Under the pieces are notes generated by a model, which did no database searches, was not told where the DNA came from, and worked only from the letters and a program-made list of their open reading frames with translations. From the NCBI GenBank assembly GCA_002189035.1, contig NEEC01000018.1, forward strand, positions 1,364,001-1,428,000: 64,000 nucleotides of DNA. Direction: 5' to 3'. The position numbers and the translations under genes are program-made. Shown piece after piece: positions 25,072 through 37,749 of the stretch. Origin of the DNA: Utricularia gibba (taxonomy: Eukaryota > Plantae > Magnoliophyta). How positions within the stretch are numbered: the stretch's first letter is position 1; each line of letters starts with the position of its first letter.

Positions 25072-27607
25072 TTGAAGGTATGTTTATTCCTGAATTGTTG
25101 CCGCTCTGTAGCCGGGAACCGAATAAGACAAAACAACAGGCCCAGTCCATGCTCAGCACTTTCTTCGATGCTTTTGCGAATGCAGTTTCTCAATAATTCT
25201 TCCTTTTTTTGTAAGTGGGGAGATCATGATGTACGCATTTTGTATGTTCTCTTGTTTAGTTTGCAATGATGCTATCAGAGAATGCCTGGTGTTCATTCAT
25301 TAAAGTACAGTAGACTAGCAGGGTTGGAATCAATCCCACATTTTACATGCTGTTGTACCAGGTTACAAGTTTTTTTTTTCTATGCACATTGCGAATTTGG
25401 TAAAAACATGAACCCAAGGATCCTAACATACATCTTTGTATGTACTTGGTAGGCGTCGCTCATCACAAGTTCGTACCCGTTTGCTCTCCAGTAAGGCAAC
25501 TGGTGTTGAGCGCTTCAAGAGACTCAACTGGTGTTGTCCTTCAGGAGTACAACGTCCCCATAGCACTTCAGGCAACGACAGATGATCGCAACTAAGTGCT
25601 ATATCTTCCAACATTGTCTTGAGTCAGCTGCACATGCAGTCTTGGTGGAGCTCGCGACCATACTCATCAGTTTCTGAACGAGCCACATGAAAATCGGTAA
25701 TGGATTCCCTTCTCATCGCACGTGTTATGTCGCCTGAGACCCACACTGGACGGCAAATGATGCTTTCCCATAAAAGATTCTTGAGGAACTTCGCCATGAT
25801 ACATATGAGCTTGTTCTTTCAAGCATTTGAACAGTTTCTCTTAACCATGATCTTTGGTTTGAACTGGAAGCCCGTGTCGGTTTGATGAGGATTGGACATG
25901 GGATTCAACCACTCGCTGTGCTCTTTTGTCTTGGACATATGAATGATGGATCCATGTGCCCTGAGATTCCTTTCCCAGCCACGGCCATTCGTGCATCATC
26001 ATCTCAACACCTAACCCTCCTTTTTTTCTCACAGATTAATGTCTTTTTCCACCATCAGTGGAGTTGGGAGCCCCGGATCTACACCTCCCTTAGCAGAGGA
26101 AATGTCAATAGTTCACATTGCCTTGGCATCATGAAAAAAACTTCTACGTCCTGTGGGGGGTAACAGTGTGCCCACATGGAGAGATCTCGGGTTAGAGATA
26201 GAGAGAATTATAGCCTCAGGTTGTGGACAGTTACTGAGTGGCAGTAGTAACTTGCATAGGTTTGGACAAAGGGCACTGGAGAAAAGAGTGTGTGTGGTCA
26301 CTCTGCTACTAAAGTAATCTATCTATCAATCAATCCCTCTGTGCTCCCAGCTTTGACCGCAACCCCAGCATTTATGTGATTTCTCCTCCACTGATCTCTT
26401 GCTCTGTGTCCATTATTCAGCAGACCCCACTTCCACTTAACCCTTCCTTTAATGGAAGGGAGATTGATTCCAGCATCTAAGAGTCATCTCCCTCCCTCTC
26501 CCCCCCCACATTCAGTATGAATAAAGCCTCAGGATCAGAAGCACAGATTGCCAGATTCATAAAGCTTTAACCTCAGAAATCCATCCCTCCAACACACCTC
26601 TATGAGCTGTGAGGGGATAGGACAGCTTCTGGATCCAACATTTGGGGGTGAGGGTGTGCCCTAATATTCTCTGTCACCATTAATGGGGCTGCCTCCCACG
26701 CTCCCGCTCTGTAACCTTTACTATTCCATGTTGAAATCGATCATCGAGGACCACTTCAACAGCAACAACAACCAAAAAAATGAAATAAAATAATGAATCT
26801 ATGGATCAAAGCATAGCGTAGCTAGCTGGGCACCACACCACCATGCGAAAGATCCCAATCCGCACACCCAGAATGCGCACAGATACGCATTGAAACCCTC
26901 CAAAAAAATACCGATTAAGCAGTTGACCGAATCCAGTAGGCTCGAGTTAAACGTGCTTAGGTGTTTAGAAAAGGAGAAGGGGTGGGTCGACAGCGGCGGG
27001 TGGGTAGACTTCCCCGCCGGCCTCGCAGTACGCGGCCCCCACTGGTAGTAAATTTCCGGCCAGTCCTGTCTTCAAATATTTGCATGGGCCCGGGTCCTCA
27101 CCCGACCCGACACTCTAAATTTCTTTTTCTTTTTTTTTCATTCAAGAAATTAATAATCTTACAAAACATATGAAAAGTGAGAAAATAAAATTCTGAGTTT
27201 AAAAATAATAAAAAAATTTATTCAATGCATTATATTGTTTATTATCCTTTAATAAAATCATTTTTAATAATGTATTGTGTGTTTTCTTTCAATTTTGATA
27301 TCTTTTATTTTATGTTCAATTGATTTAACTCTATTTTTAAATACATTTATAATTTTGTGATTCATTTTCAAAAGATATTTGTCACATATCACTTATTGCA
27401 TGTCCCTAGAGCTTTTAACCGTTTTTCATATATTTTTTTCATCATTAATTTTTTTAATTTTTTTTTACCATGAATTAAAAAATATATTTTTTTCTCACAG
27501 TTTAAATAGGCCTCCCTCTTCTCTCTATTGCCTGCCTGTGGATTCTCGTCTCCTCTGTGCAGCTGTTGCTTCTGCTTCGATCTGAGAACTAGAAGGATTC
27601 GATTTCC

Positions 27608-28390
27608 ATGGCGGTAGAAGCGCAGATGGTGTAATCGTCGAGTCTTGGTTCTCAGGATTTGGGTATGGAGGGCGGTAGTCAGGGAATCGGGATTTTCCAG
27701 GGGAGCGGTGATTGCGGGAGTCTGCAGTTCATGGGCTGTGATCACTTCCCTCAGAGCACCGTTTCTGGTTATCTCCAGAGTCAAAGAACCGGGATCCATT
27801 CCTTGTTCAATGCCCAGGTACGATCGATCCATTAGTAAGCAACTGCCACTCCTCGCTGGTCAATCCATCCCCTCATGAATTGTTGGTTTCAGAGCGAGAG
27901 TCTGAGCCGGGCTCTGCAGGAGCAGCGGTGGAAGCAAATCCAGTCCCTGCTCCGGAAACACGAGCCCCGAATCCGTCTCCTGATAGAAGCCAAAGAGGAC
28001 GAAATCGCGATGGCGTGGAGGAGGAGGATGGAGCTAGAGGAAATCGCGACAAGGGTCGAAATCGAGAAGGAGAAGTGGCGGGAAATCGCCAAGGAAAACG
28101 AAGCCACGATGGTCCTTCTGATGGACGAGCAGACGAAGCTCGCAGGCGGCAGCGCCGGCGACTCAGAGTCACGGTGCCCCTCCTTCCCAGAAGACGAAGA
28201 GGCGGAGGACTCAGATGCGCTGGAGATGCAGAAAACGAAGAACTGCAGGATGTGCGGGTCTCGGAAATTGTGCGTCATCATGCTGCCGTGCAGGCATCTC
28301 TGCTGCTGCACCCACTGCGAACCTTTTCTCCAGTTTTGTCCCGTCTGTAACCGCATTAAGAAAGCAAGCTTTGAAGCTCTGTTCCCTTGA
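27608..28390 (+). CDS. BOI/BRG (S-ribonuclease binding protein family) RING E3 ligase with an in-frame TAA at codon 9
   Basis: MAVEAQ start at 27608; exon 1 27608-27817 and exon 2 27893-28390; LQEQR coiled coil; RING CRMC..LPCRHLCCCTHC...CPVC. TAA at 27632-27634; next in-frame ATG at 27665. Confidence 0.85.
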
Positions 28391-30745
28391 CACTTGAATG
28401 CCTACCCGTACTGCACAGTAACTCCATTATTTTATCTCTCCGTTCTTTTCTCTCCCTCCGGCGCATGCACAGTGAAGGCGACGACTCCATCCCTCTGAAT
28501 CACCGCCACATTAAGAATCGGTTCCGATTCCGATCACCCACCTCGCGTACTGCACGCCAGTAGAGGCTTCGGTGTCCGGCGCATTGACTTCTCTGTTTTC
28601 CTGCAGGAAAGGAAATCGACTTTCCCTTGCACTACAGTTATAGCCCCTAAACCCTCCTCTAGCATACCTAATTAACTCACTAAACACGATTAGTCTATTA
28701 AACACCCTAAAATCAAACCAAATTATACACTAACCCACCCCCTCCAAAATTCCTAATTTCTAGGGCCAATTCCAAAATCCCGGTTGACCTCGTTCATTTT
28801 CGGCCTTTGTGCTATTGTGATTCATATTTTTATTATATGATATTATTCATTTTTAGTATATCACATTTTTCTTATATAATATTATTCGTCTTTCATATAG
28901 TTAATGCTTATGCTTTTAAAATATTTGATTCTAACAAAAAGATATCATATAAAAATAGGAATTCTATTCAGTTTACTATTTCATCTATAATTATAAATAA
29001 TTCATAATCAAATAAAATTTATCAATATATTAAATACTATTTTTTCATGATCCTTTAAAATATAATTAAAAAATAATAAATAATATTCAATTTAATATAA
29101 CAAGAATTCAATTTAAATCTATAATTAAATTAAAAAATAAATTCAACCTGTCTTTAAATACACTCATTTTGACTCAATAATGCAAATGCCACTACTAGCA
29201 TTAATTTTTTTTCCCATCAATATAATTTGTGGCCTTCATTCTCTACTCAAAACTCATTATTCATATTTCTACTCTAACGAGTCTAATCCAAACACGCTTA
29301 ACTTTGAAATTTCGATCAAATTGGACCCCATCCCACTAATGCCAACAAAAATAATGAAAAAGAAAGGAGATGTGGGTTGGGACAACAATGGGGGGGTTTC
29401 TTTCCTGGAAATTTAATTCAGAGAATCCGGAATGAAGGATTTGGACATAATTAATTATAAAGAATCTTAAATAAATATTACGGTGACGTAATTACAAAAG
29501 GAGACACGTGGTCGGATTAGGATGGAGGAAGGGCCACCGTGTCCGAAGAGCGTGTCGCATTACATCACATGTTGGAAAATGATTATTTTTTTTTTTCAAA
29601 AAAATATTATCCATTGGTATAAACGTAGTATAGTAATGAATCCAAGCGAGGATGACGTCTCCGATTGGGGAATTATTGTTTTAAATTCGATTGATTAATT
29701 GATAATTGTTGAAAAACGATGTGAAATATGCTTTTTTGTTCATATTTATATTTTCTTGGATTGGAGATTAATAATTAATATGTGTTTATTTTTCTATTTA
29801 AATTTTTAACTAAATTTTTGAAAATCATTTTCAAATTTTTATTTTATCCATGAATCTTAAACCAAAATTTAATTCTTTAATCGAGTCTTGGGCTGAGATT
29901 AGTATACTATCAAATCCATAAATTGTTGAGTTTTGAAAAATAATTAAAAATAAAGAAGAAATTGGATTGTAAAACATGTAAAAACAACTATCAAGAATAA
30001 TGAAAAAATATGTTATATTATGAAACGATACAAAATAAATATGTTATATATATATTTTTAGTTATAAATTTGTTATGTCGATTTACTGGGACTGCTCAAG
30101 AGTCAAGGGCTATTTTACTGACGTATTTTTTTAAACTATTTTTACGGTATTTTTATAATTCAGTTTTTTTATACTGGGACTGCTCAAGGGCTACCGCGCG
30201 GCCCACGTGAGGTGAAGCCCAGGGCCCACAATTATGATTAATCACACATGTAATCATGATTACTTATGCTACAGGTGCTTTTTGGTTATTAATTATGTTT
30301 ACTTATTACGGGCCGCAGCTTGCCTTCCGTTGGCTGTCTATATCGGGAAAGGGGGCGGTGCCCGCAAATCCCCCGCAAATCCTATGCAACAACATCCAAT
30401 GATGTGGGGAAGGGTGTTTCGGTAATTCTCTAGGGATTCTCCCTCTTTCTTACCATTGCATCCCTGGTATAGCAGTCAATTATGCATCTGGTCTGTGGGT
30501 ACAAACAAATACACCCAGAGGGAAAAAAACAATGCACCGGGGTGGTGTCAGGCTCTTCTCATTTCTATAGCCTGCACGAAAGGAAACCATTGAACATCAA
30601 AAGAACACTAATTTAACATCTCTCTGCATGGTCTGGCTGCTGGAGATGTCTGGAGTGTCTGCCTTGGCAGCAGTTATCTCCACTTGGTTTCCTTGAAAAG
30701 CTTTCAGAACTGCACAGCTTCACACCCCTGAAATCTGAAGGCTAA

Positions 30746-33250
30746 CTAACTCTTCCTGTATCTGTTAGTCACCTGTGAGGGGCTTTGTCCAGAGGCAGGA
30801 TGGGTACCAAAAGGGCCATAGCCTTTGTTTGATGAATCGAAGAAGCCACCGCGGGGGCGGTCATCTTCATGGTTGGGAACATCAGCTTGATGTCTATGGT
30901 TGTGTGCACTTGTAGGAATCACAGGCCTTGGAGGGACTCTGGCATATCTATTTGACTGTGGAGGAGGAACACCCACGTTTCCATTCTCTATCCCATGCCT
31001 TGGAGAAACATTCTGATATCTGTTTTCTGTCTCAAGATTCAAGGGGGCTTTTCCGTATCTGTTTTCCATCCCAGGCCTTGGAGGAAGGCCTCTATATCTG
31101 TTTTCCATCTCGGGCTTTGGAGGAGGTTTTGCATACCTGTTTTCTATCTTGGGGTTGGGGTGAACTAATGAAGGACCTGATGAAACTGCAGGAGAGTCAA
31201 CTGGTATGCCAAAAACTGCATGGACTTCCTCATCTCCATCGGATTCATTAGCCTGATCATCTCCATCTGTCAATTCATCGGAATCCTTATGCTGTGTAGT
31301 GGCATTAGAAGCTTTCTTGCTGGAGCCCTTCTTCAAGGGTCCAAACTTGACATGTCTAACGACAACGAATGCCTGTTTCTTTTCAACTCTCGGACCACTC
31401 TCAACAACGGCCACATCATCAATCTAACAAGATGGATGTTCAACAGATGTTACAATAATGCAAAAAACACCCTTCCATTTCATGTATGTATATCACATAA
31501 TACTATCAACTTCTGAAGAAAATACTAGAAGAATCTCACCAAGGCAGAGAAACGGGATAGCAGTGTTTCCATGTCCACAGTATCAGTTGGCTCAATAGCA
31601 GTACACTGAAAACCAAAACAAAAATACCAGGAGTAAACTGTCAGCGCACCTTGCTTTACTTAAGAAACTCACAACATTTAAATAACGACAAAGTACCTTA
31701 ACTCGGTGCCCACTTTCCATGAGTCTCCTAACCATGTCAGCTTTTACTTGTAAGTCGTTTTGAGTCTACGACCAGCATGGGATTGAAGGGTCAAAAGGTT
31801 GAAAATTAAAATTGAATCAGTTAAATCAAGATAAAATTTTGGTGCATGTTTGATCAAACTAACCAACTTCATGTTACACCATTGTATTAGATTCGAAATG
31901 TATATGTGATGAAGGTGGAGGGGTTATACAACATAAACAAGAAATGTGCATAGGTGGAAGCCAGAGAAACTTATTCAGAGTACGCATAAGTGCTCCATGA
32001 TTTGGATTCCAATCCAAGAAAAGAATGATTAGATGGGAATGATAAAGCCCAGGAACTTACAATTTTACCACTAAATCGAATTTCTTTAGGAGACCCTTTC
32101 TTGAGTGTAGCAGACTGCAAGAAAAATAAATAAATAGCACAAGTCAACGGCAGAGAATCACATCCAGGAGTAGGATTAACAAAATGACTCCAGAAAAAAT
32201 CCACTTTTGAATACGAATACATGCATCGTACCATACCACGCAGTTGATAGGATGCACCAGGAAATCTCATTAAAAAAACCTAGAAGGGGTGAAACGGCCT
32301 ACTCTATCTCTAAATCCTTGACACCAAAGGCAATCGGAAGCTTATTAAACAAAAGGCAAGGTTCATAAGAATGAAAAGAGGTACCATCTTCTTTTTAGCA
32401 CGTTCCTTTTCCTTTGTTTGTTGTACGTACTTCTCCTTTTTATAGTCAAAAATTTTGCATACAGGAGGCGTTGCCTGGCCATCAACCTATCAAAACATAC
32501 GCGAAGACATTCATAAGGACATGAAACAACGATGTACCCAGCATCCATCTACATGAAAACATACTGTTTCAACAGCATTACTTAAAATTTGATAACGAAA
32601 ATTACCATAACCAAATCCAACCTAAGGCTTCTTGCACGGGATAGGGCTTCATACCTTGAAATTAAAAAATGACCTGGAAGTTCCAACAAACAAAAACAGC
32701 TCAAAGTTGAAATAACAAATACAAGGCAGCGGCTCCAAAATGCAAATCCTAATTAACACCCATGAAGAAAAAAAGCATCCTAAAATGGTCTTTCTGGTAT
32801 GGAATTTTTTGTGATCCAAAATCAAAAATCAAAATTTATTTGCTTGTACACACACCTTCATCGGTGACAAGCCGAACTGAAGGAGATGTGATTTGTTCGT
32901 TCATTTTAGGGTAGCGACTATCCTTTTCTTCCTTCTTCTCTGTGGCCTACCAGATGTTAAAAAAACAGAGAGCAGTCATCAGAAAACGAAAGTTTAAATT
33001 GAAGCCCCCTCGAGAACCAACGACATAGGGCTAAAAACCAAAACATTGGCCTTCGACCAATCACCTCAGAAGGCGCTGCATAGAATCTCACAACATGCGA
33101 AGCCTCGAATCTGCTACTACGTACGTCAAAAGGAAATCTTTTCGAAACTGGAAACAGGTTCCGATTATCCAACCGTTGGTTGGCTTCAAAATGTCCGCCG
33201 TATATAGTACAGAATCTCCGAAATTCCTTGAGTGTACTCCTGAATGCCAT
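30746..33250 (-). CDS. Mitochondrial translation initiation factor IF-3 with a long Pro/Asn-rich C-terminal extension
   Basis: Phase-consistent exons 33250-33065, 32946-32856, 32673-32606, 32486-32385, 32114-32061, 31765-31697, 31605-31540, 31423-30746. Motifs MNEQITSPSVRLVTDEG, PPVCKIFDY, KEIRFSGKI, DLQVKAD, VVVRHVKFG. Confidence 0.92.
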
Positions 33251-33604
33251 TCCTAACGCTCTAGTAGGAACCCTCAGAAACCAAAAAATTCCACAACAGC
33301 GGTTTGAAAAAAATACGATCACCAGAAACCCATAACCAATCTAGCTATTATCCTCTGGACTGCCGAGGGAAAACTGATGGAAAAATGAATCAAAACGACG
33401 AACTCAGCCTTTGACGGCAAATTCCGGCATCTCTGAAACGGGCCTAAAAAGCCTACGTGATGGGCCACAATTTTATAAATGGGCTGTAACGAAAGGCCCA
33501 TATGCGGCAAACTTTCAATAATATATTTGATAATTAGATAAAAATTAATATAATTTATATCATGCTTCATATATATATTGTGATTATTGAAATCAAGAAA
33601 AAAA

Positions 33605-33959
33605 ATATGTTTGATATAAGGGTTTAGAAGTAAAATTTATTAACAAATTATTAGATAAATATCTTATAAGGTTTTAAAAAAATTCATGGTATGTTTGTTA
33701 GAATAATATAATTAATAATATATTTGAATTATTATACTCAAATAAATATTTTTTGTTATATAGATTTTGAATATATATTTAAATAATATTATATTTGATA
33801 GCTTATCTTAAAATAAATATTTATAAATTTGATTGCTTATCAAAATCCACCTAGAATGCAATTTTTAAAAGACATGTGTTTTGAATAATACATAAACACA
33901 TGTTTTATGCGAGTTTAAAAAATTCCACATGTTTATCAAAACCAACATACCAAACGTAT
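33605..33959. mobile_element. Degenerate MITE-like element of the same GTTTGGTA/TACCAAAC type
   Basis: atatgtttgata near 33605 and taccaaacgtat at 33948-33959 form an imperfect inverted pair around AT-rich DNA. Confidence 0.35.
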
Positions 33960-35860
33960 TTTAATTTTAAATCTATATGTTTAGTCTTCAAGATATATCA
34001 AATCTAAATATAATATATTATGATATTTTGAAAAATGTTTTTTTTTTTTTTGATAAGTCATCGAGCTTATCCGGTGTGATTGTGTTTCGGACTTTGAGAC
34101 GCAGCACCCGTGCCTGCTCTTGAGATAAGTCTACGCGCTTTGACTTTTTTTATGTGGTTTACTTTAATAATTTATTACAGTTTTTTATCCTACCAGAAAA
34201 GTCACGTTTCTAGGTACACGTCAGACGGGTACAAGATGAATGCTTTAGAAATGAAACTAAGTTCATTGAATGCACCACGTACCCTCCACTGTACAGATAT
34301 TTTCGTGGATTAATATATTAAATTATTTTCCAGGTATTATTCAGCTTTTTTGACATTTTTGTTGAATTTGGTTTGTTTAAAAGAATTAGTTTTTTAATAT
34401 ACTATTTATTTAATGATATTAAAATCTTATTTTTTATCAATTTGGGTATAGTATTTAGGGTATATAGTGTTTATAGTGATGTTTAATGTATGATTTTAAA
34501 TGTCCAAAAAAATCATTTACGATTTGAATGATTTAATCATGATTTAAATTGCAATTGACGATAATTTATCATAAATAACTCAATTTAAATTTAACTCAAA
34601 TTAATCGTTATAAACATATTTCTTATAAATATTCATAAAGAAAAGGCATATATTTAAATAATTTTTTTAAAAAAACTCTTCTAATGTTCAATTTGTTTCA
34701 TTTTCATGGAATTAGATTAAACTCAATTTTCACGATTTTACGTTCTTTACTTTTGAAAAAAAAGTTTCATGTAAAATTAACATGATCTTTTTATTTAAAA
34801 ATATCTTCTATTTTAATCAATGTGGAATATATTTTGTAGGCCCCGAATTAAATAGAATTAATCCATTATAAATATAATTTCTCTATTACACATTTAATCA
34901 ACAAAATTACATATAGAGTGGGTTTTTTTTTACACAATTTATGACATATGACCATTTTTCTAATTCATTTGATTTAAACACGTAAAGTCATCATCAAATA
35001 ATTTATTATACTTATTTTAATGTTCCATCCCTTAATTTGAGTTTGAATTTGAATTTGATTTGGAGGAGGGGACCGGAGGAGGGTTTGGATTTTCCCGTTG
35101 ACCTTCTCCCCAGTTTGCTTTCCGTTTATGAAGTTCGTTTTCTCTCCGTTTGATGGTTTCTAGAAGAGGAGAAGGAAATCTTGGTGCCCTTCGCTTAATG
35201 TTATAAATACCTCAACGTCGTCTTCTACTTTCCGGAAAGACGAGTGTGGGATAGCAACAGAAGAGGACCCTTTTTCGGTTTTAGGGGTACGCAGATCTGA
35301 AGAAGGGCTTTTCATTTTGCAGATCTTTGTTCCGCGGTATTGGCTCTGAAGGGGATTTGGGGGTTTTCTCGGCGTATTGGTTTTTGGAGTGATTTTCGAG
35401 AATTTGAATCGGCTGATTAGGAATTGCTTATTGAACGTATTATCGTGTTTCCCGGTTTGATCTGGATAAGGGGGAATTATCTGGGGTTGTTTGGGAGCGA
35501 TCTGTTTGACTTGAATTTGTGACTTGAAGATAGTGCTGATGCTTATCGAATCAGTGTGTATTTCACTTCGATCTGTGATTGCCTTCAGTTCTAACGTATT
35601 TTTTATTCTTCAGGGTCGGTGTGTTGGAGTCTTCTGGATCTCTCACTTCGCGCTTTCTCTTGAAGGGCTGGGTGCGAACTCTTTTGGATAGTGGGGTCCG
35701 GTGCTCTTCTGGTTTTATGAACGAGTAAACTAGACTACGGGAATCAGAGTACAGTGAGGGAAGTGATCCTCAGCTTATCCAAATTGTTTTTTTTGCTGGA
35801 GTCTCCTTTTTTGGTGCTCTGGTGTGTATAATTTGGAGGGCTGTTGTGGTGAGATGAGGG

Positions 35861-37500
35861 ATGCTATCAGCGTTGATTAACTTTTTGAGGGTCTGTTTCC
35901 GGCCTAGAGATGATAATTGTGGATGTTCAGATTCCGGTGGTCACCAAGAGGGCCTTCTTTGGTACAAGGACTTAGGCCAACACTTCAATGGCGAGTTTTC
36001 GATGGCCGTAGTTCAGGCGAATAATTTGCTGGAGGATCAAGGCCAGCTTGAGTCTGGGTGTCTCAGCTTAAATGAGTCAGGGCCATGTGGCACTTTTGTT
36101 GGGGTATATGATGGTCATGGTGGATATGAGACTTCGAGGTTCATCATAGATAATCTCTTCCATCATCTCAAGAGTAAGTACTTTGTGTTGTACTTTAGTT
36201 TGAATAATGTTCAAGTTTAGATTTTTGCTCATTGAAAAATGTGAAACGAAGGATAAAAAAAACCGTATTCTTTTAGCCATCAAAGCCGTATGTCGATGTA
36301 TCTGCTGTAGCCTACTTTTCTTAGAAAACGCCATCAAGGATGCATAAAGGGTGGAAAATTAATGCTCAACTCGTGGCTGTGTTCACAGCATTTAGTTTTT
36401 GTGTTGAAATTTTGTCCCTGCTCCTACCAACACCAGAAAAAGTTATGTTTACTTGTTTGGCAGGTTTCGCTACGGAGAATCAATGTATGTCAAGTGATGT
36501 CATTCGGAAGGCATTCCAGGCCACCGAAGATGGTTTTTTCTCATTGGTTAGCAGAGAATGGCCCCACAAACCTCAGATTGCAGCTGTTGGATCATGTTGC
36601 CTTGTTGGTGTCATCTGTAATGGCACTCTTTACATTGCCAATGCTGGTGACTCCCGCGCCGTTTTGGGGAAGCTTGTCAGGGCTACTGGGGATGTTCTTG
36701 CTGTTCAACTCTCTGTTGAGCATAACACATGTATCGAATCGGTGCGACAGGAGTTGAGGTCTCTACATCCTGATGACCCGCATATTGTAGTTCTAAAGCA
36801 TAATGTATGGCGTGTGAAGGGTCTGATACAGGTTTGCTGCAGTTTGTTTTTCTGCCTTTCATGGCTTCATTACGATGAGCATGATCTTGACATGTATATC
36901 AAAATGTTGTCGCATTGCAGGTCTCAAGGTCAATCGGAGATGTATATTTGAAAAAGGCAGAGTATAACAGGGAGCCACTCGTTCAAAAATTCAGACTTCG
37001 TGAGCCTTTCAGCCGACCAATTTTAAGCGCTGAGCCATCCATAGTAGTGCACGAGTTGCATCACCAGGATCAGTTCATTATATTTGCATCAGATGGCCTC
37101 TGGGAGCATCTTTCCAACCAAGAGGCAGTTGACATTGTTAAGAATCATCCACGCAATGTGAGTTCTTTCGCACCTAACTTCACTTTAGATCAGATATGAC
37201 CTGCCACAGATCATCCCCTTGATTGCCTGTGAAACTAATACTGTGGACATCATTTTACTGAACCTTCAGGGGAGCGCCAGGAGACTAGTTAAAACAGCAT
37301 TGCAAGAAGCTGCAAAGAAGAGGGAGATGAGGTACTCAGACTTGAAGAAGATTGAGAGGGGAGTGCGCCGCCATTTCCACGACGACATAACGGTGGTCAT
37401 CGTATTCCTGGACTCCGGTGCTGTGAGTCGAGCCAGCTCCATTCGGAGTCCCGGTGTATCAGTTAAGGGAGGTAGCATCTCAGTGCAGTCCATACACTAG
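35861..37500 (+). CDS. PP2C.D: Protein phosphatase 2C, clade D
   Basis: Exons 35861-36173, 36464-36831, 36921-37157, 37270-37500. Motifs [59 protein letters not shown]. Confidence 0.96.
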
Positions 37501-37749
37501 TTGAGGTTCCACGTTCCTGTGTCGTTGCCTGCTGAAAGATTTTACCATTGTGTATAGCTGTAGCTTCTTGAAAGATAAGAGAGGGCCATGCCCGCCCTCA
37601 AATTCTTTGTTTATGGTTGACATCCAGTGCAATACTCTGGCTTCTTTACCCTTTGGCAACGTCATTCTGATCAAATCTGGAGATACTTAACAGCAATGGA
37701 GTTTACAGCTGAGGCATTTTACATTGTAGAAATCCAGCAATACACCTTT

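Noticed and set aside
26595-26630. Weak resemblance to a miR390/TAS3 target site (gagctgtgaggggataggacag)
   Set aside because: Several mismatches, and I found no tasiR-ARF sequence or second site nearby.
25300-26900. Possible conserved pri-miRNA
   Set aside because: I found no mature sequence of the conserved plant miRNA families I recall and no long fold-back; only short hairpins, which are reported separately.
3372-37500. SAUR array and PP2C.D in one window as an acid-growth gene cluster
   Set aside because: SAURs do inhibit PP2C.D, but the genes are about 31 kb apart with many unrelated genes between them; both families are large and the order looks like inherited synteny.
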